DNA from: Octopus bimaculoides | Lineage: Eukaryota | Direction: 5' to 3' | Length of the DNA: 64,000 bases | NCBI RefSeq assembly: GCF_001194135.2 | Contig: NC_068986.1 | Coordinates: 109,583,052-109,647,051, forward strand | Shown: in pieces, positions 49,560-63,599 of the stretch | How the letters are laid out: each line of letters opens with the position of its first letter | Numbering within the stretch: position 1 is the first letter of the stretch | Translations under genes and position numbers: made by a program | Notes under the pieces: model-generated | The model's database searches: none | What the model saw: only the letters and a program-made list of their open reading frames with translations | Told to the model about the DNA's origin: nothing

Positions 49560-50294
49560 TCATCATTATCATCGTTTAACATCCATTTTCCATGCTGGCA
49601 TGGGTTGGACGGTTCGACTGGGGTCTGGGAAGCCAGGAGGCTGCACCAGGCCCCAATCTATTCTGGCAGTGTTTCTACAGCTGGATGACCTTCCTAACGC
49701 CAACCACTCCGAGAGTGTAGTGGGTGCTTTTTACGTACCACCAGCACAGGGGCCAGAGGAGCTAGCATCGACCACAATCGGATGGTGCCTTTTATGTGCC
49801 ACCGGCACGGAAGCCAGTCAAAGTGGCACTGGCATTGGCCACATTCAGATGGTGCTTTTTATGTGCTACCGGCACGGGGGTCACAACTACAATTTCCATT
49901 TGATTTGATTTTGATATTGCTGTTAATGTACTTGACTCAGTAGGTCTCCTCAAGCACAGCATGTCGCCCTACGATCCAAGGTACTTTTGAGTGGGCTGGT
50001 TATGCAACACTGGTATAGGTTACAGCTGTGGACTCACTTTATTTGCCGGGTCTTCTCAGTCACAGCATACCCCCAGAGGTCTCGGTCTTTTGTCATTGTC
50101 TCTGTGAGGCCCAACGTTTGAAGATCATGCTTCACCACCTCATCCCATGTCTTCCTGGGGCTCCCTCTACCCTGGATTCCTTCCACTGTTTGGGAGTGGC
50201 ACTTTTTCACATAGCTCTCCTCATCCATCCACAGTATATGACCATACCAACTCAAAAGTCTCTCTTGCACACTACACTCAATGCTTATAAACAA
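49560..50294 (-). mobile_element. RTE-clade LINE 3' end: ORF2 C-terminus plus a 3' UTR continuous with the family C repeat
   Basis: ERLLSWYGHILWMDEESYVKKC...GRGSPRKTWDEVVKHDL...DRDLW, then a UTR running into ...gttaaacgatgataatgatgat. Confidence 0.85.
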
Positions 50295-51462
50295 ATTTTG
50301 ATTTCGATGTATTTATTGCAACAAACAACTAGCTTTCTTTCTCTAATGTTTTCCATACTTCAGCCTACACGAGTGATTGGTTGAAAAACCAGACAGGAAT
50401 TTTGAAAGAAATATCTATAAAACTATTCTTAAACATCAAAAAGCTATGGGGGGTCCACAAGAATAAAATAGTAATCAAAGAGGTCCACTGATAAAAAAAA
50501 TGGTAGAAAACTTCTGTTCTAGATGGAGTAAGTCTTATCCATTTCTGATTTTCATTAAGGTCCATTTCCTTTCCTTAATGTTATTGTCAGTTAATATCAC
50601 AATTCTTCTCTTTTTCTGAAACTTTTTTGGATTAAAGATTATGTTGCAACCCCTAAATAATTGCCAACTATGAGGGATACAGTTTCTATTGAACATGAGA
50701 GTGTGGGGAGAAACCATTAGCTATTAATTACATGTACATAAATATCTGACTAAATTAACATGCTTCAGTAATTAATTACAACGTTTCAACCCTGTCACCC
50801 TTAATTCAACCTGCTGGCTTGTTTAGTATCACAACATCCAAACTGAAATGCACAGTGAAAGTATGTTAAAATTTTGTGGTTTATATTTTCTTTAAGCCAT
50901 CTAATCTTGATCAGCTTCCATTTGTCCTTGACATACTCAACAGTAAACTTCACAAAGAAACGCTTCCTCTTCACTTCTTGGCAGAATGTAAGAAACTGGT
51001 TCAGCAAGAAAATCTAAGCTCTGGCTACAAAGGAAGAGTTACTAATAATATTCTTTTATTTGTTTCAGCCATTTGACTGTGGCCATGCTGGAGCACCGCC
51101 TTTTAGTCAAACAAATCGATCCCAGGACTTATTCTCTGTAAGCCAAGTACTTATTCTGTTGGTCTCTTTTGACCGAACCGCTAGCTTACGGGGACAGAAA
51201 CACACCAGCATAAGTTGTCAAGCGATGTTGAGGGGACAAACACAGACACACAAACATATACACACACACACACACACACATACGATGAGCTTCTTTCAGT
51301 TTCTGTCTACCAAATCCACTCAAAAGGCTTTGGTCAGCCCGGGGCTATAGTAGAAGACACTTGCCCAAGGTGTCACACAGTGGGACTGAACCCCGAACCG
51401 TTTGGTTGGTAAGCAAGCTACTTATCATACAGCCACTCCTGCGCCTATGGTAGTAAAGTTTG

Positions 51463-51494
<32 letters not shown>

Positions 51495-52492
51495 GCATTA
51501 TTATTAAGGTGGTGAGCTGGCAGAATCGGTAGCACGCCGGGCAAAATGCTTAGCAATATTTTTCCCATCACTATGTTCTGAATTAAAATTCCGCCGAGGT
51601 CGACTTTGCCTTTCATCCCTTCAGGTCAATAAATCAAGTACCAGTTGAGTACTGGGGTCGATGGGATCAACTTGTGCCTATAGTAGAACAGATTATCAAG
51701 GCAGCAAGCTGGCAAAATCATTAGCATACTGGATGCAATGCTTAGTGGTATTTTGCACATCGCTACATTCTGAGTTCAAATTCTGCTATGTTCGACTTTG
51801 CCTTTCATTCTTTCAGGAGAAAATTCTAACTGAGCCCCACCTGTAAGGTCATGCACCATTTATCTTGATATGAGATGACCATGTTGTGTACATATGGTTG
51901 TGATGCATGTGCCAGGTGTACCCTTATCAGACAGGTAGTCATGAGGGTATACTGGACTTCGTGTATTTTTCCCCAGTGCCACTTTGATGGCATGCACTGG
52001 TTTCTCACTCAATAATAATAATGATAATGATGATAATAATGATGATAATAATAATAATAATAATAATAATGGGTTTGAATATTAGCACAAAGCCAGCAAT
52101 TTTAGGGAAGGGGTCAGTTGATTACATTAATCACAGTACTTATTTGATAAATTTTGAAAGAACAAATGTCAAAGTTGACCTCAGCAGTATTTGAACTCAG
52201 AATATAAAGAGTTGGAAGAAATAGCATGAAAATACCATTTTGTCTGATTCTCTAACAATTCTGCCATTCTACAATAATAAATTTTGTTTACATTTAGCAA
52301 GATTTAAAAGCAAAGGTTAGTTATTTTTGTCTCTGATATTTACTCAATTTTGAAAGATTAAATTGCAGAAAAGCAGAAACAGCTGAATAATGTCATGGAG
52401 CCTGGTGTTGCCATCCGGTTTCACCAGTCCTCAGTCAAATCATCCAACCCATGCTAGCATGGAAAACGGACGTTAAACGATGATGATGATGA

Positions 52493-52540
<48 letters not shown>

Positions 52541-52916
52541 TAAAAGTTTACACACATTTTACAGAATAAAGCAATCAATACTTATGTCAATTGTTAAAAC
52601 AAACAAACAAAAGAAAACAGAGGATCAGTGGTTTCATCGTTTATACAAAAGCCTTTTGTTTACTTGTAGATATATTTTGTGGTGTAAACCAACACATGAG
52701 ATTTTCGTTTGACATGATTTCTGACAAGTGTTATGTAACACAGATACAAAGATAGGTGCAGGCTTGGCTGTCTGGTTAACAAGTTTACTTCTTAAACTGT
52801 ATGGTTTGAGGTTCAATCACACGGCATGGTAATTTGGGCAAATATCTTCTACTACAGCCCTGGGTCAATGAAAACCTTGTGAGTGAATTTTGTAAAAAGA
52901 AACTGAAAGAAACCTC

Positions 52917-52975
<59 letters not shown>

Positions 52976-53560
52976 TGTGAGTGTGTGTGTGTGTGTGTGT
53001 ATATATGCTTGTATCTCCTAGTCTTGATATCGTATGATAATTGTAAATGAGTATCACCGTCATACAAGCAGTGTTATTCTGCAAAAACATGTCTGGCCAT
53101 GGTGATGAAATATTACCTTTCTTGGAAACAGGTAAAATTTGGGGGGGCAGAAGGACATTTGGTCGTAGAAAATCTGCCCCATGTGAACGTGGCAAAGTGG
53201 ATGTTTAAAACAATGATGATGATGATTATGATTAAGATGAAACAAGAGAACTTAGAACTTCATCTCTGTATAAATGCATGTGTATGTATATGAATGTCAA
53301 TAATTGAGAAGTTAGAATAAAATGACTTGTTGTGAAGAACAATCTGATGTGTCAGGTAAGACCCTTCATTTGGTAAAAGTGCCAAAACATTAAATTATGA
53401 ATCAGTGGTGTGTATGTGTGTATTCACAGATGTATGCACACATGTGTGAGTGTGTATACACACACACAGACAAATCACAACATCTACATAAATTCAGGGA
53501 AACACAACATTCAAGTGATGGGGACAACATTTTTTTAACGTACTGGATCAGCCCACAAAA

Positions 53561-53593
<33 letters not shown>

Positions 53594-56500
53594 TTAACAC
53601 TCACTTTTCTACCATGATTGCATGGGTTGGATGGAATTAGTTGAGGCAGATTTTCCACAGCCAGATTCCCTCCCTGTTGCCAGCCCATATCTGTTTCTAA
53701 GCAAAGTAACATTTCCCCATAGCTGGACATGTTTGCACAGATTGGAAACAAATGACACTGCCTGTATGACAGAGGAACTCGTTTACAACTATCACACGAT
53801 TTCAAGACAAGTAGACATGAACACACACACACACACACACACACGACAGACTTCTTTCACTTTTTATCTACTACATCTACCAACAATGGTTTGGTTGACT
53901 ATATTAGAAGGCATGCCCCAAGGTGCCATGGATAAAGAAGCATATTTTGATGCATGAACCAAAAATATTCTCAAAGAATTTACCTACCCATCCACCCTTT
54001 CTCTCATATTCCCCTTGGATCTTGGGGGTACACCCTTGTTACCTCTACTCTCTCTCTTTCCAGCTGAGGAAGCCATGCATTTCTTCTTCAACAAGACCCC
54101 TGCTCCTGCCCCTCCATCATACTTTCCTATCTCTCAATACTACGCTCCACTCGAGGGAGGGGCTTTGTCTTGCAAGATGCTTTGTGACCTCACTAGTGAC
54201 AATGCTATAAAAAAAGGCAGCTTGTGCACTCTGTAAAGTAGCTGATATTAGGAAGGGCATCCAGCCATGAAGACCCTGCCAAAACAGACATTGAAGCTCA
54301 ACACAATCGTCTGACTTGTCAGTTCCAGTCAAACCCATGCCAGCATGGAGAAATGGATGTCAAACCCATGATAATAATGATGATGATGAAGAGATCATTC
54401 TCGGACAAAGTGGTAAGAATAAAAACTAGTGCAATAAATAGTTAATTTCTTGATCAAAGCAAGCCAGCAACAGATGGAGGGTCATATTGACTTTACTGGT
54501 GAGCAAGTGGGAATTTGTGATGTTCATGCGAGATGACTTTTTTCCAGAAAGATTAGGTGTGGAATTGAAATAGTGATGACAATGAATAAAACTGAATTCA
54601 AAGACACAGTTCACTGTAAATGTATCACCTCTGCAATGGCCCTCACCATAGAAGAAATAGGAACAGTAAATTTATATAATAACCGTTGAAATCAACGGCG
54701 AAATATTTTTACAACAACATCTAAATAAAACAACAAATATGGTGTTTTTACTTGACATGGTATAAACAACAGCCACAATGGAAACAATTGTAACATTACT
54801 TACAACACATGAAAGATGATTATCTGAGGTGCCTTGAAATGAAAGAGATGAAGAAACAACATATTGCATGTTGGAAGAGAAAACAGTAGAAAAATATAGT
54901 AAACTTGACAAGAGAAGTGATGTAAGGTAAATGACACCAAGATATGGAAAATTAAAATCACATCAACAAGAACAAAAGCGGATAAAATCAATGATAAATT
55001 GTCTCAAGACATTTTGTGGAAGTAAGAACTTCAATGAAGTACAAGAACCACTACAGAATGGTGGTTTGATCTAAAAGGTAGGATATTAAAAGGGCAGAGT
55101 TGCAGGTATGGATGTGTGGTTAAGAAGTTGGTTTCCCAACAATGTACGTTCAGAAAATTACTCTTTGTAAATCTCTAGATCAGTGACTAGTTGTCACTTT
55201 GAAAACTATATATTTCAAACAGGTATTTGGCAGTGCCACCTTTAGCTGAACAATTATTCTGTGCTGATGAAGGGAAATAACCTGAAAATTGCGATACACC
55301 GATATTGTTTTGAGCTGAGTGGGGGTGCTAGATTCCCTTGTTTGAAAATATAAGGACATAGATCATGTTGTATAGCCAGCTGGAGACGATGTCTCCTGGG
55401 GCTAAATTACAGCAACATTTGTCCTAAACAAGGACTGCCATGTTATTTTGGCAAACAATACATATGTTCAGGTTCAAATCCCATCACACAACACCTTGAA
55501 CAAGTGACTTCCACTATAGCCCCAGGCTTACCCAAGCCTCTCTGTGTGTCTGTTCATATTTCTCTTGTTTTTGTTGGTTTGTTTACCATGGCTTCCTCTT
55601 GCCAGTGTCACTTGCTGAGAGTCCACCTCAAAAGCATGTCCAGTCTTCTTGAGATACCTCGACAAGTTGTGCAATCATTGTAAGCAAACAACTCAGCATC
55701 CGTTGTTTCCAGTTTTCTGCATAAAACATGACTGAGCTGTTTGTTGTTCAACAGATGTGGTGGGGGTGGGGGATTATTAGCTCGCTTGGAAATGAGGGTG
55801 TTGGTGACAGGAAGGACATCCAGCTGTAGAAACTGCTCTGACATACTCTTGTCTGACCCATGCAAAGATGGAAAAGTAGAAATTACAAACAATGATGGTG
55901 TATCTAGAACAACTCCTTCAAATTGAATAAAACATCTGCTTTTGTGTAATGAATATAACATTAAACTGTTACATATCAACTTTTAATCATTTGGTAATCA
56001 AAAACAGAATCACAATCTAATTGAAAAGTGACTGAGATTATCTATGATTATTTATTTAGGAGTCTGGTACAAGATTAAGTGCTGCAATGGTCTCACCATT
56101 TATACACCTTTGGGCCTGTAATTGCAAAATATAGATTAATTTTAATATTAAAATCAAAAACAGCTGGTCGGTGTTCCTACTAAAACTGATAGCTAAATCA
56201 CAAACAGCCACCAATAACAGATGTCTAACAAGTCAAATGGAGTTGCTTTGATTAGAAAAATGTGGACAATAATTATAATGATTATAGTCTATAACTCTGG
56301 AGAATCACAAATTAGAGTGATGTTTCCTTAATTATATTAGTATTATGTGGTTATATTATGTATATAATAATTGATTAATTTTAATACATGTGCTGGTGGC
56401 ACGTAAAAAGCACCATTTGAGTGTGGTTGTTGCCAGTGCTGCCTGGCTGGCCTTCGTGCCGGTGGCACATAAAAGCACCCACTACACTCTCGGAGTGGTT

Positions 56501-57831
56501 GGTGTTAGGAAGGGCATCCAGCTGTAGAAACCTTGCCAGATCAGATTGGAGCCTGATGCAGCCTTCTGGCTTGCCAGTCCTGTCAAACCGTCCAACCCAT
56601 GCCAACAGGGAAAGCGGATGTAAAACGATGATGATGATGATGATGATGATGATGACACTCACACACACAAATAAACATATATATATATTTATGTTGGATT
56701 TCTGCAGTTAATAAATTATATTAATGCTACATCTCCATTTTCTGAATTTCATTATATATATATANNNNNNNNNNNNNNNNNNNNNNNNNNNNNNNNNNNN
56801 NNNNNNNNNNNNNNNNNNNNTAGAAAGAAAGAGAGAGAGAGAGAGAAAGAAAGAAAGAGAGGGAGGGGGAATAGTTCTTTTCACCAGTTATCAAATACCA
56901 GTTTAAACGGTCCTTTTTTTTTTTAATTATGTTGTAAATATAACAAATGGTAGATTTTACATGTGTTGCTGTTGTTTAACCCTGAGTAAATCATGATAGA
57001 ACAGACCCTATGATCAAAAGCATTCAAGCCATGACCATCCAGTCTTTTCTCAAATGTACAGAAAACAGTTGTAATTTACATAAATAGCAACCAAATATAC
57101 TGCAAAATAATTTTTGACTAAATAATAAAAACACAGAGATGTACTTGCATAGCAAGTGACCTGATCTGAGATCGTGTGCTAAAACAAAAATAATTGCAGC
57201 ATGGAAGGTGTTTATAAGCCATTTAAAAATACACAAAAACCGTTAGATTCACTTCAACATTTAAATTTAATTTGCCAAAATATTTTTGTCAGTTTGAGAC
57301 CGCAACCCGTTTGCTGACAGAATGGTAGTTTGATCTAAAAGGTGGGATATTAAAAGGGCAGAGTTGCAGGCAAAATTGTGTGGTTAAGAAGTTGGTTTCC
57401 CAACCACATACGTTCAGGATCAAATCCCATCACATAGCACCTTGGCAAGTGTCTTCCACTATAGCCCCAGGCCTACCCAAGCCTTTCTGTGTGACAGTTC
57501 ATATTTGCAGAAAATACAGAAACATTATCATTAATATGGTTGCTTTCTCTTTAACATGCAGACCATCAGCCTACCTTCCTACAATTGTGTAACACCAATG
57601 AGCATAAAATGATTGCCACTAAAAAAATGAAATGTCTTGGAATATTATGGTAGTCTTTATTTTCTATATTCAAATCCTACCAAGGTTAACCATCGTTATC
57701 ATTATCATCATTTAACATCTGTTTTCAATGCTGGCATGGGTTGGACAGTCTGACAGCAACTGGCAAGCTGGAGGTTACACCAGGTTCCAGTCTGATTTGG
57801 CAGGCTTTCTATGTTTGGATGCCCTTTTTAA

Positions 57832-58293
57832 TCCTTTCGTTACTGTATTTATTTTGAGATGCTCTGTGTTTCTTTCAATTAATTCTAAATATAACAAAGA
57901 ATTTAGTAAAATAACTTAGTTATCATTAAGCTAGTGTTAGGAACATAAATTGTGACTAAGATTTTAATTCAAAACTTATGAAAACAAGACATTTGTACTA
58001 CAGAGCTAGAGTCGGTTTTAGCCAGGTTGGTATCGAAAGGGTTAAGAATTGTTTGTCTATTATATATTTTAACTCTTTTGTTACCATATTTCTTTTGAGA
58101 TGCTCCGTGTTTCTTTCAATTAATTCTAAATATAACAAAGAATTTAGTAAAATAACTTAGTTATCATTAAGCTAGTGTTAGGAACATAAATTGTGACTAA
58201 GGTTTGGTGGAAGATTTTAATTCAGAACTTTTGAAAACAAGACATTTGTACTACAGGACCAGAGCCGGTTTCAGCCAAGTTGGTATCAAAGGG
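57832..58293. mobile_element. Two tandem piggyBac-type MITEs (57832-58041 and 58073-58293) nested in a family C repeat
   Basis: TTAA at 57828, 58042, 58069 and 58294. The host repeat resumes 'tgccaaccact' at 58298. Confidence 0.85.
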
Positions 58294-60310
58294 TTAATGC
58301 CAACCACTTTACAGAATGTGCTGGGAGCTTTTTACATGGCACCAGCACAGGTGCTTTCTATGTGGCCCAGCATGAGTGCTTTTTACATGGCACCAGGCAA
58401 GGCAAGAACCAGGCTAATAGAATCCACTCTTTATAAGCCTTCCTCAAAATTTCTGTCCTTGTTGCCTATTTTAGAGCGAGAGGAGATAAAATGGTAAAAA
58501 ATTTACCATAATTTCTGAGATGAAATATACATCTGTTTCATTTTGAGGTGAAATGTATGTTCTTCCTTTGGTTTTGAACAAATCTGACCATCAAAACCAT
58601 TGGAAGTCACTCATTCTTCAAATAAATCCTCTCATGCTGCCGAGAGCCAAGAGTGAGGGGACATCTATATGCAGTACTTCAACCTGCTAGAAATAGCAGA
58701 TAGTCTCCCACTAAAAATATGTATTCATGTGCAAACTGATAACTGGACTAACTTGAGTACCAGAATGGCTTCATTCCAAATATACACTTTCAGTTATTAC
58801 CCTAATCTTAATCCTTCAATGTCAAATGGGTGTATTAGTAAAAGATTACTGAGATTATTGTTGTTGCTGTTGTTACTGTCACTGTTACATGAAACAACCA
58901 TAATGAAAGAAATACTAGCAAAGTCTTAACTAATTTCCGGTCTGTTAAACCTAACAGAACATGGAATGAAAGAAACAAATAAACAGAGAAGTCAAGTTAA
59001 ATAAGGTTAAAAAGATTAAATTTTAATTTCTTATTTTTAATGTCTCAAACGCAGTTTATGATTTCTCAAAAATGATGTCTTTACTCAATTGAGTAACAAA
59101 ATTTAAGAATAAAATTACAATATAAAAAGAGTCATTATCAGTGCAACTGTACCAATAGCAGCTGTTGTTGTTGTTGTTTGTTGTGGTGGTGGTGATAGTT
59201 CTAATGTTTGGGTGGCTCAAACATCAATAGTGCTGTCTTAGGTTTTAAGGCCTACCCCGCTTTCTCTAGTCTATGTAACCTGAGAAAGTTTATTCCACCC
59301 ACTCTTTGTCGCCCTCACCCTAATCCCCAACACCACCATCACAGGAAATAGTTTGGTGGAAGTAAAAACAAGATGCAAGACTGGCAGAGGTAAGCTGCAG
59401 GAAAGTATCTTGTTAAAGGAAGAGGCTATGAATCATCAAGACTAAAAGATAACACACACACATACACACACAAACAGATACACACAAACAGACATGCTAG
59501 AAAGAAATCGACTGAATGAAGAAAGGGCTTCTTTAATATAGGAGCTCCCTTAGACTTTCACCAATCAAATGCAAAAAAGCTAGCAAAATTAACGACAGCT
59601 GAAGTGGTGCAGACTTTCAACAGCGAATCTAACCTACTCTGTTGCTGGGTTGAAGCCACTCCATAACATGTCTGCTAAGATTATATATATGTACATATGT
59701 ATAAATATAACATTCCCATGCTGGAAACTGAACCCAGGCCACCTGGGTGAAAGAATCCTAACTATAAGAGATGTTATTTCAGGACAAATATTGCAATAAC
59801 TGGCCTATCAACTGTGTACATATGCATGATATGTAGATGGTTATATACAGAGAGAGGCAATAATGCAGATAATAAAATTAGATATATTAAATATAACAGT
59901 TTGGCTATAAAATACAAAATATGTGTATACATATGTATGCATGCAAAATGAGAGAAATCAAAAAAGTGAAGACTTCCAGACGATGAATATTTAAGTATAA
60001 ATATATAGATTTTTCTATTAATAGATCCAACTTACGCAAGTACAAATGACAGAGAAAATTAAAGGTGTGGAAGAAAGGTGTTATTAGTCCAACAGCTGTT
60101 TCTGGGTGCTCAGAGATCCATCATAATGTTGGTAGATGTTCATCAGAATATACAGTCATAATGGAAGCAATCGATGTTGGATAAATTGAGCCTCCATCAT
60201 CAGAGTAGAGGGATGGCTATATGTGTGTGTGTGTGTGTGTTCATATCAGATCATAATGCACAAAAGTTCAAAGGTGGCTATATGTATGTATGTATGTATG
60301 CATGCATGTC

Positions 60311-60367
<57 letters not shown>

Positions 60368-60657
60368 CTTTTACTCTTTTACTTGTTTCAGTCATTTGAC
60401 TGCGGCCATGCTGGAGCACCGCCTTTAGTCGAGTTAATCGACCCCAGGACTTATTCCTTGTAAGCCTAGTACTTATTATATCAGTCTCTTTTGCTGAACC
60501 GCTAAGTTACGGGGACGTAAACACACCACCATCGGTTGTCAAGCGATGTTTGGGGGACAAACACAGACACACATGCATACACACATACATATATATACAT
60601 ATATACGACGGGCTTCTTTCAGTTTCCGTCTACCAAATCCACTCACAAGGCTTTGGG

Positions 60658-61130
60658 AGAATTCACAAAAAAACAAACAGACAAAGATAGGTGGTGTTGA
60701 AAACAAACAGATGTATTAGTATAACACTCAGGAATTGAGAAAGTCTTTAACGTTTCGAGCCTACGCTCTTCCACAGAAAGGAACACAGAAAGAAACAATG
60801 AGAGAAAAAAATGTGTACTGGTTAGTGATCTATCATGACAAATGCCGGACAGAAGGGTCACACAGGAGAGTTAAGAAGAAAGTGAGATAACAAAGTAGTA
60901 GTGATCCCAAAACGAAGGTGTGTGAGAGAATGCTGGTGATCTTAATGTATGCATGTGTGTATGTAGGCGTGAAGGTGTGAAAATGTGGGGATGGGAATTG
61001 GTCAGTGCTGGTGTGTGCGTGATGGTGTGTTGTGATGTAATGTGTTATGTGGTATGGTGTAGCGTAGTGTGGTGTGATGGTATTGGGAGGTGGAGAAAGC
61101 ACGGCTGGGGTGTAGGTTAGGGACCAGCTG
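60658..61130 (-). mobile_element. Probable Penelope-like element end with a hammerhead-like motif (60745-60780), abutting a truncated family A SINE
   Basis: The SINE stops abruptly at cacaaggcttt. Reverse strand reads CTTT-CTGTGGA-A-GAGC-gtag-GCTC-GAAACGT-T-AAAG. The right-hand boundary is approximate. Confidence 0.5.
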
Positions 61131-61749
61131 TTTTAAAAGTAGATGCAGACGTGGCTGTGCAGTTGAGAAGTTTGCTACCCAACCACAGGGCTTCAGGTTC
61201 AGTCACACTGCATGGTACCTTCAATAAAAGTCTTCTACTAAAACCTTGTCAGTAGATTTGGTAGATGGAAACCGAAAGAAGCCTAATGTGTGTGTGAGTG
61301 AGTGAGAGAGAGAGAAAGTGATAGAATAAATACCAAGCTTATAAAAAAGTAAATTCTGGGATTGATTCATTCAACTAAACAGTTTTAAAGTTAGTGCTCC
61401 AGTATGGTTGTAGTCTAATGATTGAAACAGGTGAGAAATAATGGAGAAAGAACCAGTTTTTAGCCAAGAAACTAGACTCTTTTATTGGAATTTAGACAAC
61501 ATCAGAGTAGTCATGTATGTGTATGCAATATGCACGTATATCTACATGTATGTATATTTGTATGCATGCACATGAGTATACATTTATACAGGGTGACACA
61601 AGTATGAAGAGCATTGCATTTGTGGATCTTGTTACATGATGAATTTCATGTATGTTTTACCTATTTTGACATTAACAGCTTGTAGCAATAATATTCTGAT
61701 TAAGGCGTGTTCTTTCTTGTTTTAGGAATCTCAGTACCTCAAGTATGTA

Positions 61750-61776
61750 TGTATCTGTGTGTGTGTGTGTGTGTAT

Positions 61777-61813
<37 letters not shown>

Positions 61814-61853
61814 CACATGTATATATGTGTGCATATGTATGTGTGTGTGTGTT

Positions 61854-61931
<78 letters not shown>

Positions 61932-61950
61932 CACATGTATGTAAGTGTGT
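61750..61950. repeat. Compound (TG)n/(TA)n microsatellite; representative of many (TA)n, (CA)n, (GA)n, (AAT)n and (GAT)n tracts in the window
   Basis: Directly visible. Confidence 0.95.
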
Positions 61951-63539
61951 GTGTGTATGTGAGTTCACATGTGTTTGTACAGTCTCACTCAATGGCTATG
62001 CTTGAAGAAAACAGTCTATAATTATGTCCTGTTACTTGACCCAGTCCACCTCAACATAAACAGATACCAAGGCAAGTGCAGGCGATGCACAATTGATTTC
62101 TTTATTGTAGTTACAATGCAACCATTTGACCGGAAGAAAGAGCAGATTGCTAAATTCTGAGACGAAATCTTCTAGGACCAACTCAACCTTGATTCCTCTG
62201 AAGTTGGCAATGTAAGTACCAATCATAGGGCAGTGAGCTGGCAGAGTTAATAGCATGCCAGGTAAAATGATTAGTGTCATTTCAGGTTTTTACATTCTGA
62301 GTTCAAATTCCGCCAAGGTTGACTTCACATGTCCTCCTTTCAGGGTCAGTAAAATACATACCATTCAAACACTGGGGTCGATGTAATCAACTTAGCCCCT
62401 CCCCCGTAATCGCTGGCCTTGTGCCAAAATGTGAAACCAGTATAAGTACCAAGTGTAATTAAGATAGAGTAAAATTAGATTTCAGGGTGTTTTTGTGGAG
62501 ACATTAGGAGATTACAATGAACTGGTATTTTCCCCTGTGAAAGAAAAGGGATTTGGTGGAATCAGCTCTGTATGGGATTACGGAGTAGCCTTGTGGTCGA
62601 TGTCTATGTAAATATAATCATGTATTCCATAATAAAATAAGTACAGACAGCATTGTTTGATGTCCACTTTACCATGGTTGGACAAGTTTTTCATGAAATA
62701 CAGGAAAGGAACACCACTTGTTGGATGATGTCAACATAAGGGCACACACATGCACATATGTATATGTACATATGAGGGGCTTCTTTCAGTTTCCGTCTAC
62801 CAGATCAACTCTCAAGGATTTGGTTGGTCCAGAGCTTTCGTAGAAGACACTTGTCCCAGTACTGCACAGTGAGACAGAACCAGAAATTGCATGATTAAGA
62901 ATTGAGCCTAAATCATTTGAAGCACAAGCCCGAGACCATACCAAGTGATGGTGTTCCATCACCACCGAAACCAAAAACTTCAAAGCCACCAGAATAGAAA
63001 AGGAAGAACTCAAACAAGAGGAGAGAAAGGCTCAACAAAACCAGCCTTGTCCTCCACCATCATTACCATGGAGTCAATGCAATCAAGTCTTCTATGCAAG
63101 AATTGGTCTACAGTCATCAACGGCATCACCATAAAGGAAGCGTTCAGCAAAGATACGAGACAAAGCCACCACCAACGATTTCTTACATAAAAAAGAGAAA
63201 TATTCCAAGCAGATGATGAAGAATATTTCCATGGAGTAAAACAGTCGAAACACTACTGCCAGGACTGGATTAAGACCCATAGAAACCCTAAGCCCTTAAA
63301 AGAGTTTGGTGCCCCCATATATATAGAATGCAAAATATAAACAATGAGAAGCCGTACAATAAATTCCCTCACAATAAACAAGTGAAACAGTTGGAGAATT
63401 GGCAGAATTCTTACAACAATTGACAGATTGTCTTGCAATGGTGAACCTTAAGTTTTCCCCTGGACAACATAAGTGGTGGACGTGTACACACAGTCGTACC
63501 TATGTGCATACACACACACACACAGACATATATATGTAT

Positions 63540-63599
<60 letters not shown>

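Noticed and set aside
60036-60200. Strong minus-strand donor TGC|gtaagt as a candidate upstream exon
   Set aside because: The frame leading into the 977-nt exon has an upstream stop and no Met, and there is no clear acceptor. It could at most be a UTR exon.
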